In this document: positions 40,588 to 52,844 of the stretch, piece after piece
Layout: the number at the start of each line of letters is the position of its first letter
Position numbering within the stretch: the first letter of the stretch is position 1
NCBI GenBank assembly: GCA_028826165.1
Contig: JAPDFW010000095.1
Coordinates: 1 to 64,000, forward strand
Source of the DNA: Anaeramoeba ignava BMAN
Lineage: Eukaryota; Protista; Anaeramoebae
Length of the DNA: 64,000 bases
Reading direction: 5' to 3'
Position numbers and translations under genes: made by a program
The notes under the pieces: generated by a model
What the model saw: the letters and a program-made list of their open reading frames with translations, nothing else
Databases searched by the model: none
Told to the model about the DNA's origin: nothing

Positions 40588-42807
40588 TTAAGCATTGCAA
40601 TTCCTTTTTGTTTTTTTTATAAAAAAATAAAATCGGAAAAAATTTTTTAATTAATAATTTATTTAAAATTTTCTATTTCTATTTATTTTTACCAATTTGG
40701 ATTAACTTCAAAAGTTGATTCTTCTTGAGGACCTGGAACAAATGAAGTAAAAATAACAGTAATAGGTCTTTGATTTCCAGAATATTGCATTTTCATTGGA
40801 TAATAATAATTTCCTGTATTAGTAACCCAATAATCTTTTTTTCATATTAATTTTAATTTTAATTTTAATTTTGAATTTGAATTTAATATTAATTTTAATT
40901 TTAATTTTAATTTTAATTTTAATTTTAATTTTAATTTTAATTTTAATTTTAATTTTAATTTTAATTTTAATTTTAATTTTAATTTTAATTTTAATTTTAA
41001 TTTTAATTTTAATTTTAATTTTAATTTTAATTTTAATTTAATTTTAATTTTAATTTTAATTTTAATTTTAATTTTAATTTTAATTTTAATTTTAATATTA
41101 ATTACCAGTAATCCAATGATGAGTTTCATAATCATAAGTATATGTCCATCTATCACATTCAACTCCATTAAAAACAACTTGTCCACCATAAACTGAATCT
41201 TCAGGAACTGCAAAAGGTCTCATCTTTAAATATTGATTTTGATTTTGATTTGAATTTATTTTTGAATTTGATTTGATTTTGATTTGAATTTGATTTGATT
41301 TTGAATTTGATTTGATTTGGATTTGAATTTGATTTGAATTTGATTTGAATTTAATTTGAATTTAATTTGAATTTAATTTGAATTTGATTTAAATTTAATT
41401 TGAATTTGATTTAAATTTATTTTTAATTTGAATTTGAATTTAATTTGAATTTGAATTTGATTTGAATTTGATTTGAATTTGATTTGAATTTGATTTGAAT
41501 TTGATTTGAATTTGATTTAAATTTATTTTTAATTTGAATTTGATTTTGATTTTAATTTGAATTTGATTTGAATTTGATTTGAATTTGATTTGAATTTGAA
41601 TTTGATTTAAATTTATTTTTAATTTGAATTTAATTTGAATTTGATTTGAATTTGAATTTAATTTGATTTGAATTTGATTTGAATTTGATTTGAATTTGAT
41701 TTGAATTTGATTTGAATTTGATTTGATTTGAATTTGATTTGAATTTGATTTGAATTTGATTTGATTTAATTTGAATTTGATTTAATTTGATTTTAATTTA
41801 ATTTGGATTTAATTTGAATTTAATTTGAATTTAATTTAATTTGATTTGAATTTAATTTGAATTTAATTTGAATTTGAATTTAATTTGAATTTGAATTTAA
41901 TTTGGATTTAATTTGAATTTGAATTTGATTTGAATTTGAATTTGATTTGAATTTTGATATGATTTTTTACAGGAGGAACTAAATAATCAACTGTACAAGA
42001 ATAATCATATTCTTTTGTGACAAAATAAGCTTTTAAAGTATCATAATTTGCAAGATCCACTTGATATTTATGTTCAGTTGGTAAATGATAATCCTCTCTT
42101 TATCAATTTTGATTTTGAAATTGAAATTGAATTTGATTTTGATTTTGATTTTGATTTTGATTTTGATTTTGATTTTGATTTTGATTTTGATTTTGATTTT
42201 GATTTTGATTTTGATTTTGATTTTGATATTGAATTTGATTTTGATTTTGAAATTAAATTTTGATTTTGATTTTGATTTATTTTGATTTTGATTTTGATTT
42301 TGATTTTGATTTTGATTTATATTTTGATTTATATTTTTATTTATATTTTGATTTATATTTTGATTTTGATTTTGATTTTGATTTTTGATTTTGATTTTGA
42401 TTTTGATTTTGATTTTGATTTTGATTTTGATTTTGAAATTAAATTTTGATTTTGATTTTGATTTTTATTTTGATTTTTATTTTGATTTTTATTTTGATTT
42501 TGATTTTGATTTTGGTTTTTATTTTAATTTTGATTTTGATTTGTAATTTAATTTACCTTGATCTTCCTTGTCCAATATTCATGTCCCACCACCATTGTGA
42601 ATAATACTTTTTATTTATAAATTTTAATTTATTTTTAATTTATTTTTTAATTTATTTTTTAATTCAAATTTTTACCTGTTCTTGTGTATCATCATAACTA
42701 CAATTCATTTTTGCCATAAATTGTTGAGGAAATGTTGGAGGAGTAATTGAAAAAACAAAAGAAAAGAAAAAACAAAATGAAAAGAAAAAGAATTTAAAAG
42801 AATTCAT
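40588..42807 (-). CDS. Secreted/lysosomal ependymin-related (LolA-fold-like) protein, ~6 small exons
   Basis: Signal peptide MNSFKFFSFSFCFFFSFVFS, then ITPPTFPQQF, WWWDMN, SCTVDYL, PFAVPEDSVYGG..GVECDRW and FTSFVPGPQEESTFEV..C. Exons are separated by satellite introns. Confidence 0.6.
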
Positions 42808-42884
42808 TCAATGAAAAAATTAAAAAAAAAAATGAAAAAATTTTTTCATTTTTTTTCTTTTTTCTTTTTTTAAAAAAAAAATAA

Positions 42885-45800
42885 ATGAATCCAACTTATT
42901 CAATCCCACTTTTCTTAATTTCTTTTTTGTGTTTAATTTTATTCATCATTTGTGTTGTTCGTTGGTCACTTTTATTATCAAGAACAAAACAATTAGTTCA
43001 TCAAAAAGTAAAAATAAAATTTAAAACAAAATTTAAAACAAAATTTAAATTCAAAATTTAAAATAAAAATTAAATTCAAATTTAAAACAAAATTTTTTCG
43101 GTTTTTTTGAATTGATTTTCTTTTAAGATTTTCTTTATTTTGGCTTCTATTTTTTCTATTACAAGATCAATTTTTTTTCTTGTTGCAGGTTTTTCTTCTA
43201 AAAAATATATTTTTGATGAACAAATTTATCTTATTATAGATACTTTGGAATTGGGTGTTTTAATTTCTGCTTTTCTTCTTCTTATTTTTTCTTTGTAATT
43301 TGCTTATTTGTTTAATTTTAATTCAAATTATAATTTAATCTCAAATTTTAACTTCAAAACAAAATTAAAGTCTTAAAATGTTATTAAAATACAAAAATTT
43401 AAAATGACGAATTAATTTCAAAATATTTACAAAATATTTATATTATTTATAATATGAGAGATTCGAGGCACAAAAAAATAAATAAAAAAAAAAGCCTTTG
43501 AAAGCCTTTCATGCCCCAAAAATTATTCTATTCTCAATTAAATTTTTTTTTTCCTATAATTTTAATAAAAGATCTTATTTAAATTTTTTTTTTCCTATAA
43601 TTTTAATAAAAGATCTTATTAAATTTTTTTTTCCTATAATTTTAATAAAAGATCTTATTTAATTTTTTTTTTCCTGAATTTGAATTTAAAAGAAAAATTT
43701 TTGCTTGTTTTGATCCATTTTTCCTTTTCTTTTTTTTTTTGAAATGTCACTTTTTTTTGTTACTTTTTCAAACAAATTTGCGCTTTTTCAAGTTGAAAAA
43801 ATAATCAATTTCAAAAATTTCCGGAAAGAAATTTCGTTCATCTTTTCTTTGAGGAATGAAATAAAATCATTCTACTATTTCTTTCTCCAAAAGAAAATTG
43901 AAATCAAAAATAATTCGAGTTTGGAAATCTTTGTTGGTTTGGTCAAGAAGAAACATGAGGATTTAGAAGTTTATGGAAATATTGGGGTTTTACACATAAA
44001 TTATGAATCAAAGATTAAAAACCTAAAAAGGAAGTAAATGGAACAGTAAAGCAATTTATCCACAAGAATTCATTTCTTACTTTGAATGAGACCAATTTTT
44101 CTGTATATTGCTCAATATGCGATAAAAGAACTCCAAGGAATCTCTAAATGGAAAATTCAAAGACATTGTAGGTCACAACATCATCGCCTTCTTATTCCTT
44201 TGAATTTACAGCAACAGAAGAATGAAGGAAGATGCAAACTTTGATTCAAAAGAATCAGCCTTACTTAGAATCCTAGAACATTTACAAACGTTCTCAAACA
44301 CAGATTTTTATTCCAGGAAAGAAATTCCAACTTATAGAACAGGCCTCTCTAAAAAAAGGATTTTCAAGCAAATATCTGATTCATTACCCAATGTAGATTA
44401 TAGAAAATTTTGCTTTTATTCGAGTCATTATTTCTGTTTGAAACACAATACACCAATTTTCTTCCAATGTGAAAGTGTGCAAATCCTAATCCTCAAAAAG
44501 TGGCGAATCACAGAAATAAAGTTCAAATGATGAGAAATTTCTTTAAAGATGAAGTACAAGATCCCACAAAACTAGTTATTATTTTAGATTTCGGAGAGAA
44601 CATACAAGAATATCGAGATGAGTGGAATACTCAAGAATTTTACATCAAAAATTCATGGGTTATCTTCAATATATGTTTAATTCAAGGAACTGAATTTGAA
44701 TATTACGATTATATCTCAGAAGAGAAAAGCAAAGTAATGTTATAGAATTTAGAATTTAGAATTTACAAAAAAAACTTAAAAAAATCTTAATTTTGTTTTA
44801 GGATTCGGTATTTGTGATGGAATCTTTAGGAAAATTTGCACAAATTTTAGATCAAAAACAACGAAAAAAAAAACTAAATTCTTATGAAAGCATTTCAATT
44901 TTTAGTGACGGAGGATCTAGTCTCAAAAATAATTTGGTGATTCCAACAATAATTCAACTCTTCTCTTCTAATTTTAAGAAAATTACCATTGGATATTTTC
45001 TCACAAATCATGGTAAAAATTACAGTGATGCCCATTTCGGCAATATTTCAAGAAATAGATCAAGCTTTGGGAATATAAGAACAATTGAAGAGTTAGATAA
45101 TTATCTGAAAACTCTGAAGAACACTTTTCCAACAATTATGTCAGTTGACCGTTCGATTAAATATTCCTACACACAAGGAATTCCATATCTGAAAAAAACT
45201 CATTTATTTTTTTATGATAAAGGTCATTTTGAAGCCTGGTTTAATCCCCAAAGAAGAGGACGTAAAAGAAGAATTCCAATAATCAAGAAGATTCAAATTT
45301 ATGATAAAGATTTAGCCAATCATAATTTTCAGATTCAAGATGTGAATGAAAAAAATCACTCAAAATTAATACAGCCAATATCTCAAAATCTTCCAATTTC
45401 AAGAAAGGAGAACGAAAAGGAGGTTGATAATCAACAAAAAGAAGAAAACCAAAAGCGACCATTTCTGAGCCAAAAAATTACAAAAAGCAAGAAAAGAAAA
45501 AATCAAATGATAGAAATTTATAACGAAAATCAACAAATTGAAAAGAAAAACAAATCTAACAAGATTCCTGAATTAGAAATTCAGAATTTACTTCCCTTAA
45601 ACCAAAATTTGAATAGAGAAAACCAGGTAAAACTAAAAAAAAGAAAATATTTTCTTTTGTGTGCTTCTCTTTCTGATTTTCTTTGAATATTGTGTTTTAT
45701 AGGTAATTCAAACAATCCCCAACTCTGGAAATTCATGTTATATCGCATCAATTGTCCAGATTTTGATCAGGACATCAGCTCGAAACCTTCTTCCTTTAGG

Positions 45801-48800
45801 AGATATCTCAGAAAAATTATGGGATATTTTTAATTCAAAGCAAAGATATATAGAAGTCCAAGATTTGAGAAAGGAAGTAGGTAAGCATTTTGTCAATTTT
45901 GATAATTTGAACCAACAAGATCTACACGAATTTTTTATTAATTTATTCGAATTATTGGACAAGGAAACAATTTTAGATATTCCAGATAAAGATGATCTTT
46001 TGTATCATGCCTTTGATTTATGGAATAAAACTATTTTGAATGATTTTTGTATTCGCTTAATTCAAAAAGTGAAATGCTTGGAATGTAAACATTTTTCCTT
46101 TAGTTTTCCTCAAGAAACAGGTATACTGCTAAGTTTAGAAAGTGAAAAAGATTGTAACTTAATAGAATTGCTCAATTCATTTTTCTCAAAAAATTACTTT
46201 GATGAAAACAATCTCCTATTTTGTGAACATTGTCAAAAAAAAGTTCAAAGTTCTTTCCAATTTTTTTTAATTCATATTCCCAAATTTTTCATGATATTTG
46301 TCAAAAGAAGCTTCTATGATCCAATTTTGAAGGAAGAAAGAAAAAATATGGCAAGAATACAAGTTCCAAGAAAGATTCAACTTAATAATTTTTTATTCTC
46401 TCCTTCTAGTTCTATGTCAAACTCATTGTCATTTTGGGGATCAATTCATCACCAAGGAGAAGAACAAGAAGCAAAAGGAGGTCATTTCTGGACTGAAGTG
46501 AAAGATGAAAGAAATGCTGGAGATTTTCAAGTTTTTGATGATTCGACAACTTTGACTATTCCTAATCCTTGCCGGAAATCGAATTCATATGTCTTGATGA
46601 CATATAAAAGAGATGATAAGTAAATATTCCATTCAAATTCAACTAATCTCTTTTTTCTTTGATTGATTTTTCTTGATTGATTTTTTTTGATTGATTTTTT
46701 TTGATTGATTTTTTTTGATTGATTTTTCTTGATTGATTTTTTTTGATTGATTTTTTTTGATTGATTTTTTTTGATTGATTTTTCAAAAAATAAAAATTTC
46801 CCCATTAGCCTTTTGCGGCCTCAAATTTTCAGGTTTCACAAAAGAATTTTTAATTTATTTTTCAATAAAAAGGGGAATTTTTTTTTAAATATTTTGAGAT
46901 GTTTTTGCCTCTCCCTTTCTCTCATATTTATATTATTTATATTATTTATATTATATTTACAATATTTATATTATTTATATTATATTTATAATATTTATAT
47001 TATTTATATTATTTATAAAATATTTATAAAATATTTATATTATTTATATTATATATATTATTTATATTATTTATAATATTTATAAATTATTTATATTATT
47101 TATATTATTTATATTATATATAATATTTATTATTATTTTATATTATTTTATATTATTTATAATATTTATAAAAATTATTATATATTTTTATTATTTTTAT
47201 ATTATTTTTATATTATTTATAAAAATATTTATAATATTCAAATTATTTATATTATTTATAATATTTATATTTATATTATTTTATATTATTTACAAAAATA
47301 TTTATATTATTTTATATTTTATTATTTATTTATATTATTTTTATATTTATTTTATAATATTTATAATATTTATAATATTTATATTATTTATATTATTTAT
47401 AATATTTATAATATTTTATATTATTTTTATATTATTTTATATTATTTTTACAAAAATATTTTATATTATTTATATTATTTATAAAATATTTATATTATTT
47501 TATAAAAATATTTTATATTATTTATAAAAATATTTATATTATTTATATTATTTATAAATTATTTATATTATTTATAGGTGTTTATATTATTTATAAATTA
47601 TTTATATTATTTATAAATTATTTATATTTTTTATATTATATTTACAAAATATTTTATATTATATTTTATATTATTTATATTATTTTATATTATTTATATT
47701 ATTTATAATATTTATATTATTTTATAATATATTATATTTTATTTTATTTATATAATATTTTATGTTTATTTATATATTATTTATATTTATTTTATTTATT
47801 TTATATATATTTATTTATATTTATATCATTTTATAAAAATTTTTATATTTATTTATATTATTTTTATATTGTTTATATTGTTTTAATATTTTTATATATG
47901 TTTATATTATTTATGTTATTTTATTTATATTATTTATTTTATATTATTTTATATTATTTATATATTTTACATTTTTTAATTTTATAAAATATTTTATTAT
48001 TTATTTTTATATTATTTTATAATATTTATATTATTTATATTATTTAAATTATTTAAATGATTATTTATATTATTATTTATATTATTTGTAATATTATTTA
48101 TATTATTTATAAAATATTTTATATTATTTATATTATTTATATTATTTATGTATTTATATTATTTATATTATTTATATTATTTATATTATTTATATTATTT
48201 ATATTATTTATATTATTTATATTATTTATATTATTTACAAAATATTTATATTATTTATATTATTTACAAAATATTTATATTATTTATATTATTTATAAAA
48301 TATTTATATTATTTATAAAATATTTATATTATTTATAATATTTTAAAAAATCAAGACACAAACATTTTAGTACACAAGAATTATATGAGACACAAAAGAA
48401 AAAATTAATAATATTCTTTACTATAGCAGATACAATTATGATAGGAACTGATATAGCAATTTCATTTATAACTGCAGGTGGAAGAATGATTCTTCTTGCA
48501 GCTGAATTTCTATTAATAGGATTTGGTTTATTAATTTATAGTAGCAAATTTCGAAAAAAAGCACATGAATCACAAATTTTTTTTAGAGTTCTTTTAATTT
48601 GCACAATTCTTTTTATAATTAGAGTTCCTATTTCCCTTTTTTTGGATGAAGATGAAGCTAATCTTCACTATTCTCTTTATTCTACTTCTATAGTTGTTTG
48701 TGTTTTAATCACTGAAATTATCCCTGTTTGTTTGATTATCTTTTATATTTTTATCATTCCAATTAAAACTGGTAATTTTCAAATTTTAAATTATTTTTCT

Positions 48801-48928
48801 ATTTATTTTTCTAATTAAATTTTTAACTTTGTTTTTTATATATAAAAGCTCCTTTTGAAACTTTTCCTTTGATTAATACAGAAATTTACAAAAAAAATTC
48901 CCAACAATTTGAAAAAGAAGTTTTTTAA
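42885..48928 (+). CDS. 7TM TOM1/GPR137-like paralogue 2; hosts the transposon in intron 2
   Basis: Exons 42885-43007, 43128-43294, 48356-48771 and 48849-48928 join in frame with the same intron positions as the other paralogues. Confidence 0.85.
43538..43676. repeat. Left subterminal tandem repeat, ~39 bp x 3.5
   Basis: The unit TTAAATTTTTTTTTTCCTATAATTTTAATAAAAGATCTTA is repeated. Confidence 0.85.
44003..45626 (+). CDS. Sola2-like DDD transposase (5' part frameshifted; intron 44734-44801)
   Basis: VIILDFGEN (D at 44587), SEEKSK|DSVFV across a phase-0 intron, ISIFSDGGSSLKNN (D at 44907) and FLTNHGKNYSDAHFG (D at 45027). Upstream, a CSIC...RHCRSQHH zinc finger and a C-E-K-C motif are recoverable by 1-nt corrections. 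The start codon is uncertain. Confidence 0.8.
45703..46623 (+). CDS. Ubiquitin-specific protease (peptidase C19/USP) exon within the transposon
   Basis: Cys box IPNSGNSCYIASIVQIL (C at 45736), QQDLHEFF, zinc ribbon CLEC/CEHC, His box IHHQG..GGHF (H at 46483) and FDDS. It is preceded by the acceptor TTTTATAG ending at 45702. Confidence 0.9.
   Translation, partial: VIQTIPNSGNSCYIASIVQILIRTSARNLLPLGDISEKLWDIFNSKQRYIEVQDLRKEVGKHFVNFDNLNQQDLHEFFINLFELLDKETILDIPDKDDLLYHAFDLWNKTILNDFCIRLIQKVKCLECKHFSFSFPQETGILLSLESEKDCNLIELLNSFFSKNYFDENNLLFCEHCQKKVQSSFQFFLIHIPKFFMIFVKRSFYDPILKEERKNMARIQVPRKIQLNNFLFSPSSSMSNSLSFWGSIHHQGEEQEAKGGHFWTEVKDERNAGDFQVFDDSTTLTIPNPCRKSNSYVLMTYKRDDK
46658..46785. repeat. Right subterminal 15-bp tandem repeat (TTGATTGATTTTTTT)n
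   Basis: About 8 copies between the USP stop and the right terminus. Confidence 0.85.
46928..48345. repeat. Intronic (TATTATTTA)n satellite, the target of the transposon insertion
   Basis: The same motif also lies immediately left of the element (43423-43451). Confidence 0.9.
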
Positions 48929-49160
48929 AATTTACTTTTTTTTTTGATGTGCTTTTTTTTTAATTATTTTTTTTTTGTTTTTAAAAGAAATATTTTTCCA
49001 ACAAAAAAAAAGTTAAATCCAAAATTTTTAATAACAGAATATCTTTAAAATCAAAAATTATTTTCTTTTTCTTTTTCTTTTTCTTTTTAAAAAAATTTTT
49101 TTCATTAAATTTGAATATATAAAAAAAAAAGTGGAATTTGGGAAAAAAATATTTTTTTTT

Positions 49161-51401
49161 TCAATCATAATCTCCTTTAAATAATTGCAAATTGACAACA
49201 TCCATTACAGCTAAATAAAAGAAATTAAATATTAGTTATTAAATTAAATATTATTTATTAAATTAAATATTATTTATTAAATTAAATATTATTTATTAAA
49301 TTAAATATTAGTTATTAAATTAAATATTATTTATTAAATTAAATATTAGTTATTAAATTAAATATTATTTATTAAATTAAAAATTATTTATTAAATTGAA
49401 TATTATTTATTAAATTAAATATTATTTATTAAATTAAATATTATTTATTAAATTAAATATTATTTATTAAATTAAATATTATTTATTAAATTAAATATTA
49501 TTTATTAAATTAATTATTATTTATTAAATTAATTTTTATTTATTAAATTAAATATTATTTATTAAATTAATTTTTATTTATTAAATTAAATATTATTTAT
49601 TAAATTAAATATTATTTATTAAATTAAATATTATTTATTAAATTAAATATTATTTATTAAATTAATTATTATTTATTAAATTAAATATTATTAAATTAAT
49701 TATTATTTATTAAATTAATTATTATTTATTAAATTGAATATTATTTATTAAATTGAATATTACTTATTAAATTGAATATTATTTATTAAATTAAATATTA
49801 TTTATTAAATTAAATATTATTTATTAAAATTAAATATTAGTTATTTATTAAATTAATTATTAGTTATTAAATTAAATATTTATTAAATTAAATATTATTT
49901 ATTAAATTAAATATTATTTAATAAATTAAATATTATTTATTAAATTAAATATTATTTATTAAATTAAATATTATTTATTAAATTAAATATTATTTATTAA
50001 ATTAAATATTATTTATTAAATTAAATATTAGTTATTAAATTAAATATTATTTATTAAATTAAATATTATTTATTAAATTAAATATTATTTATTAAATTAA
50101 ATATTAGTTATTAAATTAAATATTATTTATTAAATTAAATATTATTTATTAAATTAAATATTATTTATTAAATTGAATATTATTTATTAAATTGAATATT
50201 ATTTATTAAATTAAAAATTATTTATTAAATTAAATATTATTTATTAAATTAAATATTATTTATTAAATTGAATATTATTTATTAAATTAAATATTATTTA
50301 TTAAATTAAATATTATTTATCAAATTAAATATTATTTATTAAATTAAATATTATTTATTAAATTAAATATTATTTATTAAATTAAATATTATTTATTAAA
50401 TTAAATATTATTTATTAAATTAATTATTATTTATTAAATTAAATATTATTTATTAAATTAAATATTATTTATTAAATTAATTATTATTTATTAAATTAAT
50501 TTACTTGGTCTAATTGGAACTGAAAACATAGAAAAAGTTATTAAACCAACTGGAATTAATTCTGTAACAATTAAATCAACAGTATACAAGATGTTTGTTT
50601 GTTCTATCGTCATTTCGTTATCATAAACTATCCAAAGTACCAAAATAGGAATTTCAAGTAAGAAACAAATTGTACAAATTAAAAAAACAATTAAAAATTT
50701 TTTGGATTGTTTTGGATATTCTGAATTTTTTGATAATTTAACACTATAAATTAAAAATCCAATTGAAATAATAATAAAACTTAAAGAAAGAAGCCGAGTT
50801 GAAGCTTCATAGTGTTTAAAAACTAGCCAAATATGAATTGATACAAAAATAATATCAAAAATAATAAAAAGTGAAATGAATATTTTCTTTTTCTTTTTCT
50901 TTTTTGCATAATCATAATTTTCTGTAAAATTTTCATAAAAATTTCTTTTGGGAATTTGATTTCTTTGTTTTTGTTTTTTTTTGAAATGAAATGAATTAAA
51001 AATTATTTTCTAAAATTTTAGATTGATTTGATTTGATTTTTGTACAAAGTAAAAATAATTGATAAAAAAGCTGTTATTAAAAGATCTGTTTCAATTGCAA
51101 TAGATTCATTTAATTGTAGTGTATAAGCTAAAGCAGTTTTTGGGATTGCAAATAAAATTAAAGTAATACATCTTGCTAAACAATATAACCAAATTAAAAG
51201 GAAAAAAACCTAATATTATTTGTTTAATTTTTTTCAAATTAAATTTTTGCTTTTTTTTTATAAATTAAATTTTTTTACTTTTTGATGAAAAAGTTGCTTT
51301 GTTCTTGTTAATAAAAGAATCCATCTTGTTAAAGTTAAAATAAAGAATATAAAATTTGTTAGTGAAATTATAATCATTAAAATTAAAAAGTAAGCTTTCA
51401 T
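49161..51401 (-). CDS. 7TM paralogue 3
   Basis: Four exons with RWILLLTRTKQLFHQK and TELIPVG. Intron 3 is expanded by a 19-bp satellite. Confidence 0.8.
49225..50500. repeat. 19-bp satellite (TTATTAAATTAAATATTAT)n in intron 3
   Basis: Direct reading. Confidence 0.9.
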
Positions 51402-51635
51402 TTTTAAAATTAATGAAAAAAAAATGAAATAAATCATTTTTTCCTTTTTTTTTTAAAAGAAATATTTTTCCAATAAAAAAAAAGTCTAAATCCAATTTTA
51501 ATAACAAAAATATCTTTTAAAATTAAAAATTAAAAATCATTTTCATTTTCATTTTCATTTTTATTGAAAATATTTATTAAAATTAGATAAATAAAAAAAA
51601 AGTGGAATTTGGAAGAAAAAAAAATATTTTTTTTT

Positions 51636-52616
51636 TCAATCATAATCAGTTTTAAGTAACTTTAAATCAAGACTATTCATTACAACTAAATAAAAGAAAT
51701 AAAAGAAGTTAAATATTATTTATTAAATTAAATTAAATTGAATATAATTTACTTGGTTTAATTGGAACTGAAAACATGGAAAAAGTTATTAAACCAACTG
51801 GAATTAATTCTGAAATAATTAAATAAACAGTATAAGAAATATCTGTTTGTTCTCTTGTAATTGTGCCCTTTTTAAACTTCCAAATTATCAAAATAGGAAT
51901 TCGAATTAAGAAACAAATTGTACAAATTACAAAAATAATTAAAAATTTTTTGGATTGTTTTGGATATTCTGAATTTTTTGATAATTTAACACTATAAATT
52001 AAAAATCCAATTGAAACAATAATAAAACTTAAACAAAGAAACCAAGTTGAAACTTGATAGTTATAAAAAACTAGCCAAATATGAATTGATATCAAAATAA
52101 TATCAATAATAATAAAAATTGAAATGAATATTTTCTTTTTCTTTTTTTCATTATCATAATTTTCTGTAAATTTTTTGATTCGAATTTGATTTCTTTTTTG
52201 TTGTTTTTGTAATGAAAAGAAAATTAAAAATTATTTTCTAAAATTTTGATTTGATTTGATTTGATTTTTGTACAAAGTAAAAATAATTAATAAAAAAGCT
52301 GTTACTAAAGCATTTGTCTCAATTTCAAGAGATTGATTTAATTGAAATGAATAATTTGAATCAATTTTTGGAATTGTAAATAAAAGTAAAGTAATAAATC
52401 TTGATAAAAAAAACAACCAAATTAAAAAGAAAAAAATCTAAAAATAATAATAAATTTTTTTTGGAATTAAATTAAATTAAAATTAAATTTTACTTTTTGG
52501 TGTAAAAATTTGCTTGTTCTTGTTAATAAAAGAATCCATCTTATTAAAGTTAAAATAAAGAATATAAAATAAATTATTGAAATTATAATTATTAAAAGGA
52601 GAAAATAAATGTTCAT
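51636..52616 (-). CDS. 7TM paralogue 4
   Basis: ORFs 52467-52700, 52231-52416 and 51733-52095 contain its exons. Introns are compact. Confidence 0.8.
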
Positions 52617-52844
52617 TTTTAAAATTAATGAAAAAAAAAATGAAATCAATTTTTTTCCTTTTTTTAAAAGAAATATTTTTCCAATAAAAAAAAAAGTCAA
52701 ATCAAATTTTAATAACAGAATATCTTTAAAATCAAAAATTAAAAATCATTTTCATTTTCATTTTCATTTTCATTTTCATTGAAAATATTTATTAAAATTT
52801 GATAAATAAAAAAAAAGTGGAATTTGGAAGAAAATATTTTTTTT

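Larger units (their letters stand above)
43456..46923 (+). mobile_element. Sola2-like DNA transposon (3468 bp) carrying a USP deubiquitinase domain
   Basis: Left end GAGAGATTCGAGGCACAAAA; reverse complement of the right end GAGAGAAAGGGAGAGGCAAAAA. ATAT flanks both ends (43452-43455 and 46924-46927). The element interrupts a TATTATTTA satellite and contains a DDD transposase. Confidence 0.85.

Noticed and set aside
43744-44037. 97-aa ORF at the transposon's 5' end as a separate accessory gene
   Set aside because: It has no recognisable motif and could be UTR or a frameshifted N-terminus, so it is not supportable.
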